NCBI GenBank assembly: GCA_964188305.1
Contig: OZ076885.1
From: Podarcis bocagei
Taxonomy: Eukaryota
Direction: 5' to 3' (one strand)
Length of the DNA stretch: 64,000 bases
Shown here: piece after piece, positions 36,501-45,400 of the stretch
How the letters are laid out: each line of letters opens with the position of its first letter
Position numbering within the stretch: the first letter of the stretch is position 1
The notes under the pieces: generated by a model
What the model was told of the DNA's origin: nothing
What the model saw: only the letters and a program-made list of their open reading frames with translations
Databases searched by the model: none
Position numbers and translations under genes: made by a program

Positions 36501-37854
36501 AAGCTAAATTCTTTTGACTCAAGGTCCTTTCAAAAGAGAAATAAATGAAGCCTCTCATTACTTAGCCACTATGGTATGATGGTGGTGGTGGTGGTGATAA
36601 TAATAATTGCTTGTTTGTTTAGATGCTCACATTACCTCTCACATTCAGTTTGGCCCCAGTTCTGTTCATGCAGCCAAATCTGACTGATGAGTTAGCATTG
36701 TGATATCACTCATTCCATGCTCAATCAATCAATGTGATTAATATCTACTCAGAAGAAAGCCTAACTGAGTTCCATACACCTTACTGTCAGGAAAGTGTGT
36801 GCAGGGTTATAGCGGGGTGAGGGGGTGGGGTGCCAGTCAATCACTATTTCTTGTTTGGACTCAAAATGAAAAGTGGAGACTATTCAGTTCAGTTCTAAAT
36901 AAATAAACTTCAAAAAGAGATTATTTTCAAATATACAAATCTGAAAATATTGGTAAAGAACAGGAAAAAGGTAGTACATGAAAGAACTGGTCCCTGAAAA
37001 CTCAAGTCTTTTTTCCCATTGTTTGCCAAGTCACCTGTGAAGACAGAGAACTGTAGAAAGGCAGTTATGGCATATTGAACCAATCATGTTTCCACTTACA
37101 GCACTCCATTCTCAATATTTACATTTATTTTACTAAATATGTGACATTGTTTTCTATAAAAAAACACCATAGAAATAAAACGACTACAATATCTCACAGT
37201 ATAAATTATCTAAACCAAGTCTCTTCTCAGTACTCATAGGATAGCTAGCGAAGAGACATTCAAGGACAAAAGGCAGGGTGCATGTGTATTGCTTAGTGTT
37301 CTACCTCTATCTGTGTACTCTATGCAACTAGAAACGCAGGGTGGAATTCAACATCACACTAATAGGATATCTCTGTCAACTTCTGTTTGCCAGACACAAT
37401 TATCTCCCCTCTCCCTGCCCCCTCTGTGTGTTGTTCAAACCCCATAACAGATTGGGGGAAGGCATGTTGCCACACGGGGGAGACAAGGGGGAAGCCTCAT
37501 TGAACTATTAGGAGTTACTGTGCTGGCTTCCACTAGTGCAGCAAGTTAGTTGAATCTGGCCTTAAGGGTATAACTGAACAATAGCTGAGCACTTTTACAT
37601 CCACTAATATAAAAGAGGGATAAACAAGTGCTTATTTTTTCTAACTGAAATTAATTGAATTTGCCTAAACTTACGGGTTGTTAGATTATGTCCATAGTTA
37701 TTTCATTTGTTTACATGAAGATCAGATCAGACATATAACAATGGAATATAAATAGTAGTAGACTTTTCTTACCTATCTGCACCAAAGTTTTGCCCTCACA
37801 GCAACTGCAGAGTAAGAACAAAATCCATAACTGTACTCCCTTCTTCATTCCCAT
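514..37854 (-). CDS. Ovomucin alpha-subunit-like / mucin-5B-like gel-forming mucin, 5' part (signal peptide, D1-D2-D'-D3); continues beyond the left edge
   Basis: Phase-consistent exons from ATG 37854 to 514. N-terminus [29 protein letters not shown]...[15 protein letters not shown] and [18 protein letters not shown] closely resemble chicken ovomucin-alpha (recalled from memory). Three CGLCG-type motifs. Lies directly downstream of MUC2, as in chicken. Confidence 0.85.
1183..1653 (+). repeat. Three near-identical 152-bp tandem monomers plus a partial fourth at the CR1 5' end
   Basis: GAGTTTG(C/T)AGGGCAG starts at 1183, 1335, 1487, 1639. Confidence 0.95.
1944..3770 (-). mobile_element. Complete non-autonomous L1-dependent (HAL1-like) retroelement, 1.83 kb
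   Basis: 17-bp TSD TGTTGATTGCCCTTTTA (1927-1943 / 3771-3787) at a TTTT/AA site; A-rich tail with AATAAA (1964-1969); CpG-rich 5' end with AAATGGCGG. Confidence 0.85.
2355..2960 (-). CDS. Orphan 201-aa ORF of the nested element (coiled-coil-like N-terminus, charged middle)
   Basis: ATG in ACAATGG context, uninterrupted, A-rich like L1 coding sequence. Confidence 0.55.
   Translation of the reverse strand: MAVGGKILREIERMFSLVGTLQEQTTAMSKQLTTLDLETSSSAECNEGLSEKEPTAEFETINKEEEKTKQEREQVIWENTNQKPTSGEHKQGDYWIKSTLSLRKIQKTKVEALGLYGIQELEIKKYNWGLHIDFDFDYHQDLGLVEIPQQLPLNMGRDYGLIGLMVKEIFRDSMIDKKDYQQNWRRGTERDLRASDVRNPG
4708..7629 (+). CDS. CR1 ORF2 (apurinic endonuclease + reverse transcriptase); premature TGA at 7534-7536, natural stop 7627-7629
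   Basis: APE motifs CLYTNA, ITETW, GDFN, SDH; RT motifs [22 protein letters not shown]. Confidence 0.93.
7924..8059. mobile_element. hAT-type MITE (~136 bp, palindromic)
   Basis: TIRs CAGACATAGGCAAACT / AGTTTGCCTATGCCTG; perfect 8-bp TSD TTTTAGTA. Degenerate relatives at ~25808-25931, ~33325-33440, ~50963-51100, ~57493-57630. Confidence 0.85.
9193..9260. repeat. (CT)n(CA)n microsatellite
   Basis: Direct reading. Confidence 0.95.
9296..9333 (-). CDS. Ovomucin-like micro-exon [13 protein letters not shown]
   Basis: CCCCTCAG acceptor, GTAAG donor, 38 bp, phase-compatible. Confidence 0.78.
9542..9626 (-). CDS. Ovomucin-like exon [28 protein letters not shown]
   Basis: AG/GT, 85 bp. Confidence 0.87.
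9982..10110 (-). CDS. Ovomucin-like exon, TIL3 ([20 protein letters not shown])
   Basis: AG/GT, 129 bp. Confidence 0.88.
10168..10254. repeat. (CCTT)n microsatellite
   Basis: Direct reading. Confidence 0.95.
11096..11252 (-). CDS. Ovomucin-like exon, C8-3 ([14 protein letters not shown])
   Basis: AG/GT, 157 bp. Confidence 0.9.
11974..12401 (+). mobile_element. LTR-like (solo-LTR) element
   Basis: Ends GCAACA; homologous to 1-417. Confidence 0.5.
12901..13137 (-). CDS. Ovomucin-like exon [11 protein letters not shown]...ACHSK
   Basis: AG/GT, 237 bp. Confidence 0.9.
13910..14089 (-). CDS. Ovomucin-like exon ...[17 protein letters not shown]
   Basis: AG/GT, 180 bp. Confidence 0.87.
14944..15054 (-). 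CDS. Ovomucin-like exon [18 protein letters not shown]...
   Basis: AG/GT, 111 bp. Confidence 0.87.
15976..16114 (-). CDS. Ovomucin-like exon, VWD3 start
   Basis: [14 protein letters not shown]; 139 bp. Confidence 0.88.
17124..17275 (-). CDS. Ovomucin-like exon [14 protein letters not shown]...
   Basis: AG/GT, 152 bp. Confidence 0.88.
18300..18400 (-). CDS. Ovomucin-like exon [10 protein letters not shown]...DMQC (TIL')
   Basis: AG/GT, 101 bp. Confidence 0.88.
18815..19571 (+). mobile_element. Solo-LTR-like element (~750 bp)
   Basis: CCAAT boxes, TATA-like motif, AATAAA at ~19475, ends ACACGCA; homologous to 49146-49950; left boundary approximate. Confidence 0.55.
19748..19800 (-). CDS. 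Ovomucin-like exon [17 protein letters not shown]
   Basis: AG/GT, 53 bp. Confidence 0.85.
20027..20720 (+). mobile_element. Rex1/Babar LINE, 5'-truncated 3' end
   Basis: [44 protein letters not shown]; tail GACAATGACAATAAA(TCTA)n. Confidence 0.85.
20736..20988 (-). CDS. Ovomucin-like exon, TIL2/E2
   Basis: CPKNMVYSY...CPCYHKG; 253 bp. Confidence 0.88.
21535..21939 (+). mobile_element. Bov-B (RTE) 3' fragment
   Basis: [22 protein letters not shown]...[11 protein letters not shown]; CAA-type tail. Confidence 0.92.
22243..22369 (-). CDS. Ovomucin-like exon NCVYDTC...GWRGSIC
   Basis: AG/GT, 127 bp. Confidence 0.88.
23231..23325 (-). CDS. Ovomucin-like exon EKYGQRWC...PAPYIK
   Basis: AG/GT, 95 bp. 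Confidence 0.88.
23561..23607. repeat. (AAT)n microsatellite
   Basis: Direct reading. Confidence 0.95.
24308..24472 (-). CDS. Ovomucin-like exon [14 protein letters not shown]...
   Basis: AG/GT, 165 bp. Confidence 0.9.
26063..26200 (-). CDS. Ovomucin-like exon [11 protein letters not shown]...QLKPIMQ
   Basis: AG/GT, 138 bp. Confidence 0.87.
26318..26387 (-). CDS. Ovomucin-like exon [23 protein letters not shown]
   Basis: AG/GT, 70 bp. Confidence 0.85.
26921..27022 (-). CDS. Ovomucin-like exon [16 protein letters not shown]...
   Basis: AG/GT, 102 bp. Confidence 0.87.
28117..28255 (-). CDS. Ovomucin-like exon, VWD2 start
   Basis: [13 protein letters not shown]; 139 bp. Confidence 0.88.
28981..29098 (-). 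CDS. Ovomucin-like exon [19 protein letters not shown]...
   Basis: AG/GT, 118 bp. Confidence 0.88.
29393..29518 (-). CDS. Ovomucin-like exon, TIL1
   Basis: [18 protein letters not shown]; 126 bp. Confidence 0.88.
29944..30362 (+). repeat. ~400-bp interspersed repeat (probable non-autonomous DNA element); copies at ~21190-21960 (minus, interrupted by Bov-B) and ~42965-43180
   Basis: Shared AACCAAAACACAGCCATTCTTTGAAATT block. Confidence 0.6.
31451..31676 (-). CDS. Ovomucin-like exon, C8-1
   Basis: [11 protein letters not shown]...WRSKELC; 226 bp. Confidence 0.88.
32025..32161 (-). CDS. Ovomucin-like exon ...[15 protein letters not shown]...
   Basis: AG/GT, 137 bp. Confidence 0.88.
32452..32804. 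mobile_element. Tc1/mariner (pogo/Tigger-like) MITE
   Basis: TIR CAGTGGTGCC..GCAAGACGAA, TA TSD. Confidence 0.88.
33143..33230 (-). CDS. Ovomucin-like exon [20 protein letters not shown]
   Basis: AG/GT, 88 bp, CGLCG. Confidence 0.9.
33520..33554. repeat. (GT)n microsatellite
   Basis: Direct reading. Confidence 0.95.
33916..34030 (-). CDS. Ovomucin-like exon [14 protein letters not shown]...KWNWGDTLL
   Basis: AG/GT, 115 bp. Confidence 0.88.
34713..34968 (-). CDS. Ovomucin-like exon 2 (VWD1 start)
   Basis: [15 protein letters not shown]; 256 bp. Confidence 0.9.
37773..37854 (-). CDS. Ovomucin-like exon 1 (signal peptide)
   Basis: [32 protein letters not shown] donor, 82 bp. Confidence 0.85.
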
Positions 37855-37925
37855 TATCCTATACAAGGCAGTAAGCTGAAAAATATTTGCCAGGACAGGA
37901 TTTCTTTCTTGGGTTTAGAGACACG

Positions 37926-37931
37926 TTTATA
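37926..37931 (-). promoter_or_regulatory. TATA box of the ovomucin-like gene
   Basis: TATAAA ~72 bp upstream of the signal-peptide ATG. Confidence 0.65.
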
Positions 37932-40900
37932 TGGTACTAATTCATGAGGACTGAAAGAAAACCATTTCCCCCCCTCTCAGATATAAAATGACAAAAGGCA
38001 TTTGGTTCCTGGATTCTATAATCTCAAATTTAATCTTTGAATCTCAGGTTTATTCAAGCTTGGAACTCTAGGCAGGTGCCAGGAAGCAATTCCCTGCTGG
38101 GTAAAACAGAGTCTTGATCTCTACGAAAGGCTCCCCATCTCAGTGGGGTGGGTTCCTGTGGGCCTGGGATCTCATGAAATCTGCCTCTAGGTGCATGCTC
38201 CCAGTTTCCTGGGTCAAGTCATTCAGTATTTTTACTCTGTGAGAAGGAAGTTCCCATGGTCATGAATAGACTTTTCTCTCTTCTATTCATTTCGCTTCTC
38301 TTGCTTCTCTGGTAGGAGAGGAAGGTGGCCAGCAAGTTACTTTTAAGCTATCTCCTTGGCCTTTGAAGCTTTTCTCCTTCCAGACTAAAAATAGTGAGCC
38401 TTTTGATCCAACATACTGTGACTGTGGTAAATTGCTTCAATGCACACCTTAGGTGATCCAGGCCTAAAGGACCGGGGCAGTCCACAGAGCATTTGACAGT
38501 TGGCAAACTCCTTTTTACCCAGCTGGAAAGGATTTCTTGGCACCTGACCAGAAGTGGAAGAGTCCTAAACCTTAATAATCAAAATATGGCCCGACACCAG
38601 GGGTTGTGAACTGTCTTCAGTCCACAAGCTTCATTCCCTCAGCAACCTCTTGGGGCCTCTTTACACATCCAGCAAGCACATAGCCAGTGGTGCTGGGGCT
38701 AGCCAGTGGAGCCCACAGCCCCCTCATGTTTATGAAGCCTCCTAATATCAGTATTGCTTGATCATCTTCTTCTTCTTTGGAGATCACTCGTAGCCGAGTA
38801 AGATTGTCTTCCATAAATACGGTTTTAACAATGAGTCTGTAAGTGACTGTGGAGGCCAATTCTGGATCCACGTGTCCTTCCACAGTGGGGACATTGGCTT
38901 CCGGATGGGAGTTGATCAGTTTCCGGGCGGGAGTTGATCATAGCACACCCTTGATAACAGCTTTTTTCCTTTTGCTTGTAGGACAACGGATCGAGCAAAG
39001 CTTATCTGGACTTATACATGCATGGGCTATCTCCAAATGGTTGTGCAGTGCTTGACGCCTACATGCAAGAGCCTGCATCATTTACATATAATTACTGTGC
39101 TTTTCAGTTTAGGAATTGCAGTAATTATCACCATCACTGCAGTTTCCTATAGTCAACAGCATCGGAATAGACACTATGACAGAGAACTATTACCAATGAT
39201 GTTTCATAAATGTCTTTGCCCTGTAGACTGACATGTCAAAATTTATGACTTTTCACCTCTGGCCTACAAACCAGTTAAGGTATAAATCCCATTTGTCACA
39301 GAGCTATGGTCTTTGGAACAACATTTTTCATGGATCATTTGCCACAGAGCAGTGTTTGGTTTCGGTTACTGCACAGCTTAAAAATTAACTATATGATTTA
39401 CCTCATGAAGGCGGTAAATTGGAGCTGATTCACCACACCTAAAAAACATTAGGAGTTATGAAGGTACTGCTTCTGTTACAAGTCGTCTGTGGCTGCTGGT
39501 TAACTTTTGATACATAAATAAGGAAAGGAAACACAGCTCTCCAAGCACAGCAATAACAGCTTTAAAGCGTGCCGCAATAATATCCACAGTGGGGTCATGG
39601 TTTCTCATATGGATTTTATCAGTGTTGTTGCAGCACAAGTCTTTATTCTATAGCCTGTTGATTGCAACCTAGAACATGCCACAAGGGTAGCATCATCTGA
39701 TGACATATACAGAAGTACTGTGTTGAAAATCCATTGGTTGTGTCATTAGACCTCCCTCCAGAGGGCTGTGCCATGACAGTAGTCTGAAGTGACCCAGGAA
39801 CTGTGAACTTAAAGTCACTGGACACAGGATAGTAGTCAGGACTGAAGGGCAAACTAGGTGGTAGGAACAAGGAGAAAACCAGAAGTCATGACAAAACGAT
39901 AACCAATGATACAGAAACATGCTCCTCAAGCAAGGCTCAGTTTGAGCAGGAAGCCCTTTATACACCTTTCCTCTGATAAGGATTCATTAGTCAACCTGGA
40001 TGAGTCAGTTCAGTACAAGAATGTACTGAGAATGTACTGAATGTAATGAGAACACTGCCGCCTGCAGTTCAGTGGTTCACCACATGAGGCTGTCACACAC
40101 AAATTCCAGCAACTCGTGTCACAAACTAGCACTTCCCTCAACTTCTGCTTTTTTAATACCCTCCCAGATCTCCAAAGACCTCTTGGTATACCAGAACTCT
40201 CTTGCTGCCATTGCTCAATATTCTGTAAGTGTGTGTGAGTGTTCTGTGAAGCCTTAAGTGGGCCATTGCAAGCTGATTAATAGGCCCTCTGCATGAGAAT
40301 CTCCCCTTTGCCTTTCATTGGGTTAACAGCTCTGATGTCATAAATAGGCCACATCACCTTGGGGTAGGTAGTTTAATGTTACAAATCTAAATGGCTTTCA
40401 AAGTGGAAATCCAGGGTTAACATGTAATGCTTGTTAAATCTAAGAAATATTGGCTATATGCCATGCTTTTAAATGATATTTTGCTAGTTGAAATCTTTGT
40501 CTTGTGTCTGACCCATTTATTAGAAAGCTCTTGGGCATGAGTAGACTGCACCTACTACCCATGGTATGTGATTATCACATTCACAGCTCATAAGTTGCAA
40601 ATGGCTAATTATTTTCTCTGCTGTCATACTGTGTCTCCACAAGTGAATTTGAAATGAGTTAATTTAAAGTGTTTTCTTGGACGGCTGCTGACACTGACAA
40701 CTTATTCATTGTTGCATCATGCTATGAGCATCTCAGATTTTAATTTTATTATGTATACTTCTAGATAATTGGATTTTGCAGACAATATTGAAAAAATACA
40801 TTCAAAGTACAATCCCATGCAAGTCTTTGTCTTTGTTTTTAAACTGAAACTCCACACCTTTTTACATGTTCAGCCATAGGCTGCCCTGTAGTGGTGAAAA

Positions 40901-41112
40901 CCAAGACCTGCAATACCAGCAAAACATTTAAGACTGTGACTACAATTACCCTTCACTTTCTTTTAAAATTAAAAAACGAGGAAGTGTAAAAATTCTAGAT
41001 AGTTATGATGAAAGTTAAATCTTCAATATAACTTTTGTTTAGGATGCCCCATAGCATACATGAGGTAAACAAATGACAACAGTAATAGTTTAATATTCAT
41101 TGATGTTTCACT

Positions 41113-41118
41113 TTTATT
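41113..41118 (-). terminator. Candidate MUC2 polyadenylation signal (AATAAA)
   Basis: AATAAA on the minus strand ~1.07 kb after the stop, followed by a U/GU-rich stretch; an alternative ATTAAA lies at 41922-41927. Confidence 0.4.
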
Positions 41119-42186
41119 TCAAAAAAGCTATGCCTAACTACTATGGTTTTGTATGGACGTTGAGTAAATCAGCTGATGTTTTGGAACATATACATCCTAT
41201 TTTAAAAATTAATTTCTGACTCCCAAATGGAAAAGCCCGAAGCTTAGGAACCTTGGCTTGTAGAAGCTCCATAACCCTTGGGCCATATCCAGTGCCCAGC
41301 CTGACTCTTTTATCCATGCAGGATGCTTTCAGTCAGGCCTTGTGGGTTTTCTATGGGGTACCTTATCCCTATGGCCATTTGTTTATATCACAATGATATT
41401 TTAAAATATTGTCTTGGCATTTCCATTATACTGAGATAAATGTATGTTATGACTTAGACTGAATAGCAGCCAGCAAGATGAATAGCAGTATTTGGGTGAA
41501 ACTGAACTGCAGCAGAATGAAAACAGTGCTGCCTATGACAGAAATCACTGCCCTCTTATATATCTATTGATGAGACACAAATCACAGGCAGCCAGGCAGT
41601 TGGAAATGCAGGGCTGGTTTGAGAGGGAATGTTCTAGGGGAAAGCTAGTTATCATCAGCATATAGCTGCTACTGAACTCCTTAAAAGTTCAATGAAGCCA
41701 CGCAGGGACATTGAAAAGAACAAAAATACCAGGGAACTAAACCCATGGAGCACAAATGGTGTGTGGACAGGCCATTTGTTGTTTTAGAAAATGTATAGAT
41801 TTTGCCATTTTCTCTTCGAACTCCTAAAGCAAAGCTCCTGCTCACACAGGCTTAGGAAATCCAAGAGTGCAGGTGTTTGCCAACAAAACTGGATGTGGAG
41901 ACTTCAGTTTTTAAATGTGCTTTTAATTATTTAAAGAAGAAAAGAAAACGATTCAAAAGTCCAAAACATAAAACTTTGTTACACTCAGGGAAAAACGACT
42001 TGCACTTCTTTTGTTTTTGTTTAACACAAATAAATAAAGTGATCATAAGGGGAAACAGTCAAAGAGGGCACAGATTTAAGAGGCCCGTGGAAAGTAAGGG
42101 CAAGCGCAGAATTATTTGTGAAAAATGAAACCATGGGTTGTCCCTGTATAACTTTTCTTTTCACTTGTAACCTGTTGATTAGCTCA

Positions 42187-42481
42187 TTATATTCCCATCC
42201 TTCTCTTCACCGAACTAATGGCCCTCCTGACACGAGCCACAGCATTCAGTTCATCTTCCTGGGAGTCTTCCCTGCTATTTTCTTCTGTGCTCTTCTGGGA
42301 CTCGTTTGATGAGTGTGAACTGTTGCATTCGGTGTTGAGGCACTCGCAAGAGTCCACCTGAAGGTATTTGTGTTTCTTGTTCTTCCCGTCAGGGCACACC
42401 AGTGTTATTTCCTTTTCGGATACTTTTGACTCCCTGCAGCAAGTGCACTTGTGTTCCATGGAGTTGGCTTCAGAAGAGTAT
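42187..42481 (-). CDS. MUC2: MUC2 terminal coding exon (HKCTCCRES...CEC, acidic tail, stop)
   Basis: Cystine-knot second half; TAA at 42187-42189. Confidence 0.9.
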
Positions 42482-45400
42482 CTGTTTTTGTAGCACAAGA
42501 AGGTGAAAAAGAGTTACTCTGTGCCACAGATTGAAATTATGAGCAATTTTAGTGGTGGGTGATATTAGGAGAAACTCGTGTTTGCGCAACTCATTTGCTA
42601 AATGACAAGATTCCGGTATTTCCACATAATATTGAATCGAGGATGATGCACTTTAAATAATGTGCTGTCTCTAATTATACCACCATAGCTAGTTGGTTGT
42701 TCTGGGTTTTATTTTTTTAAAACGGAGGATCAAGAGACCAAAGTACCAGACCCTCCAAGTGTCCCTATTTTCAGAAGCCATTCTTATTTGATCCCAGAAT
42801 GTCCCACTTTTCCCTAGGATGCCCCTATTTTCATTGGATAAATGTTGGAGGGTATGAAGTATTGAAATCAAATTGGCTCTCACAGTAGAAAATAAGTTTT
42901 GATGTTGGTGTAGCATAGCAGCTAAAAGATTGGGGTTACAGTCCTATACATATTTACCAATTACAGACGGAGGAGAAATTTGATTCAGTGTGCATTTTAA
43001 AGCCAAATCTGTCAAATTCACACTTTGTAGAACAACATGTGAACCAAAACATAGCTACTCTTCAAAATACGAATTGATCTGATTTTTGTGTGTGCATAAA
43101 AGTGAAGATATTAATGAAAACATACAGAAATGCATTAAGTTAGGAGAAATTACTTGCAAAAAATCACATTAGTAAATTTGATTACATTACTAAATTTGAA
43201 TAATTAAACAAATGGGTACAAATGCATTGCAGGATCTTATTGTAATTTGGCTTTACATACATTGAGGAAGTTCCACAATGTCCTTCACACTGGGCCACAG
43301 GGACCATGTCTGCTGAACGACAACCATCATGAACGATATAGTCCTTCATTTCAGAGAGAGAGCAAGGTGGCACTGGTACTGGGCTATCTTTGGGCTTGCC
43401 TGCAGGATAAAATGTTTTTAAAAACCTTTATTCAAATGTTTTCCGGAACATCAAGCTTTTTTGCTCATCTGGACTGAGTTATAAGTAGCACCAAATTACT
43501 TGCATGCCATAGTATGTAGCTATTCAAGAAATGTAAAAGTTCAGCCAATATTTAGCCCTAAATGCATTTTGGTAACACAACTGACACAAAAATCCTCTAT
43601 ATATTTACTCAGAAGTAAGCCCCATTGATTTGAATGGGGTTTACTCCCAGGAAAGTGCAGCCTTGAGGGGTGCAGCCAGAATGGCTCCTAGCCATGTGGG
43701 AGAGGAGGCTAGGGAAGGATGTACTAAGCATCCCCTCACTATGTGCTAGTTTTAAGGTTGGAATCACCTGCAGGACAAAAGTACCATATTTCAGGAGAGC
43801 CAAGATATAAAGCTGAGCATCTAAACCAAAGCAAGATATTAAGAGTGCAGTTACAGTAAAAATATGCAAATCCACTTCTTTTGAATATAGTTTGCAAATC
43901 AAAGCAAACTGGCCCATTTTATTTTTTGTTTGGGTGATACTCAACTAAGCCATACTCAGAGATGACTCATAGCTGTACTCAGAATATGATAAACACTGTG
44001 CTTATTTATTTATCACATAGAGAGATGGCATAGATATATAATTTATGATACTTACAAGTTTTACAGCAGCCACTGGGCAAATAGGCAATGGTGTCCTAGG
44101 AAGAAAAATGTATTATTGAATTGCATATCCAACTAGAACAGCGCAAAGCCCCCAACCTGACAATGAAGTAAGGTTCAAGAACCAGTGGGGTGAGACCTTT
44201 GGTTTAGAAGTCTATGTGTGTTGAATAGTTTCTTTTTGTTCCCTTTAAACTTTTTTTTAACCTTTAATCCTTAACAGTAGGAACTGTTGACTAAAAAAAA
44301 TTATTAAGAAAGCAATTTATGCATATAACTGAAGATACACCAGATATTTTATTTGCACTACATCAGATTCAGACGAAGAATGTAGCTACACCTACATCAG
44401 TCATGACTTTGATTTCCATGAGAGCTAAGTGCAGCTAACTTGGTCTGGATCTAATTCACGGGGAATAGAACATGTTTAATGCAGTGAGTAGGTGGCTCTG
44501 TGGCCTAAACCACTGAGCCCAGGGCTTGCCGATCGGAAGGTTGGTGGTTCGAATCCCCGCGGCAGGGTGAGCTCCCGTTGTTCGGTCCCAGCTCCTGCCA
44601 ACCTAGCAGTTCGAAAGTACGTCCAAGTGCAAGTAGATAAATAGGTACCACTCCGGTGGGAAGGTAAATGGCATTTCCGTGCGCTGCTCTGGTTCGCCAG
44701 AAGCAGCTTAGTTCTGCTGGCCACATAACCCAGAAGCTGTCTGCGGACAAACGACAGCTCCCTCGGCCTATAGAGCGAGATGAGCAAGCAACCCCAGAGT
44801 CGTCCACGACTGGACTTAACTGTCAGGGGTCCCTTTACCTTACTGCATTTATATGACACTATCAACCATGCAGGATCTTTTCTTTCTTTCACAGCCATCA
44901 CTTTAAAATGACAGATAAGCCAAGAATTCAACACAAAATCCAACTGTAACAGCTCTTGCTCATAGGGTGGGCTAATCAAATTAAAGGAGTTTTCACAAGA
45001 TGGAATGTGTATATTCAGTATTTACTCACAGGCTGACATGCTTCCTCGTTAAATGCTGGGCAGCTTATTGAAGAGGTGGAGGAGACCAGCTGCCTATGTA
45101 TGTTCACACAGCTGTAAATAGTGCAGTTGTCATGTGGAGCACTCCGTTGCTCACCAGGCTATTCAAGATAAGGAAACAAATTAAATACTGGCAAAATATC
45201 TTCCTGTTTTCTAAATGTGTATTTTCTTATGAATAGCAGAGCAGCCAATATGGTAGAAGGGCCCATAAGGAAGGTTAAAATATTGGGGTTGGAGGGAGCT
45301 TGCAATAGAAAGATAAGACTCTTTACCCAAGAATAGTCCCAGTCAGGACTGAGGCCAGTTTTGTGGGAATGAAGGAACAGAAAATAAGTATGTGAGGGAG

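Noticed and set aside
44490-44560. tRNA genes at SINE heads (also ~47995-48075)
   Set aside because: A/B boxes belong to Sauria SINEs; no cloverleaf.
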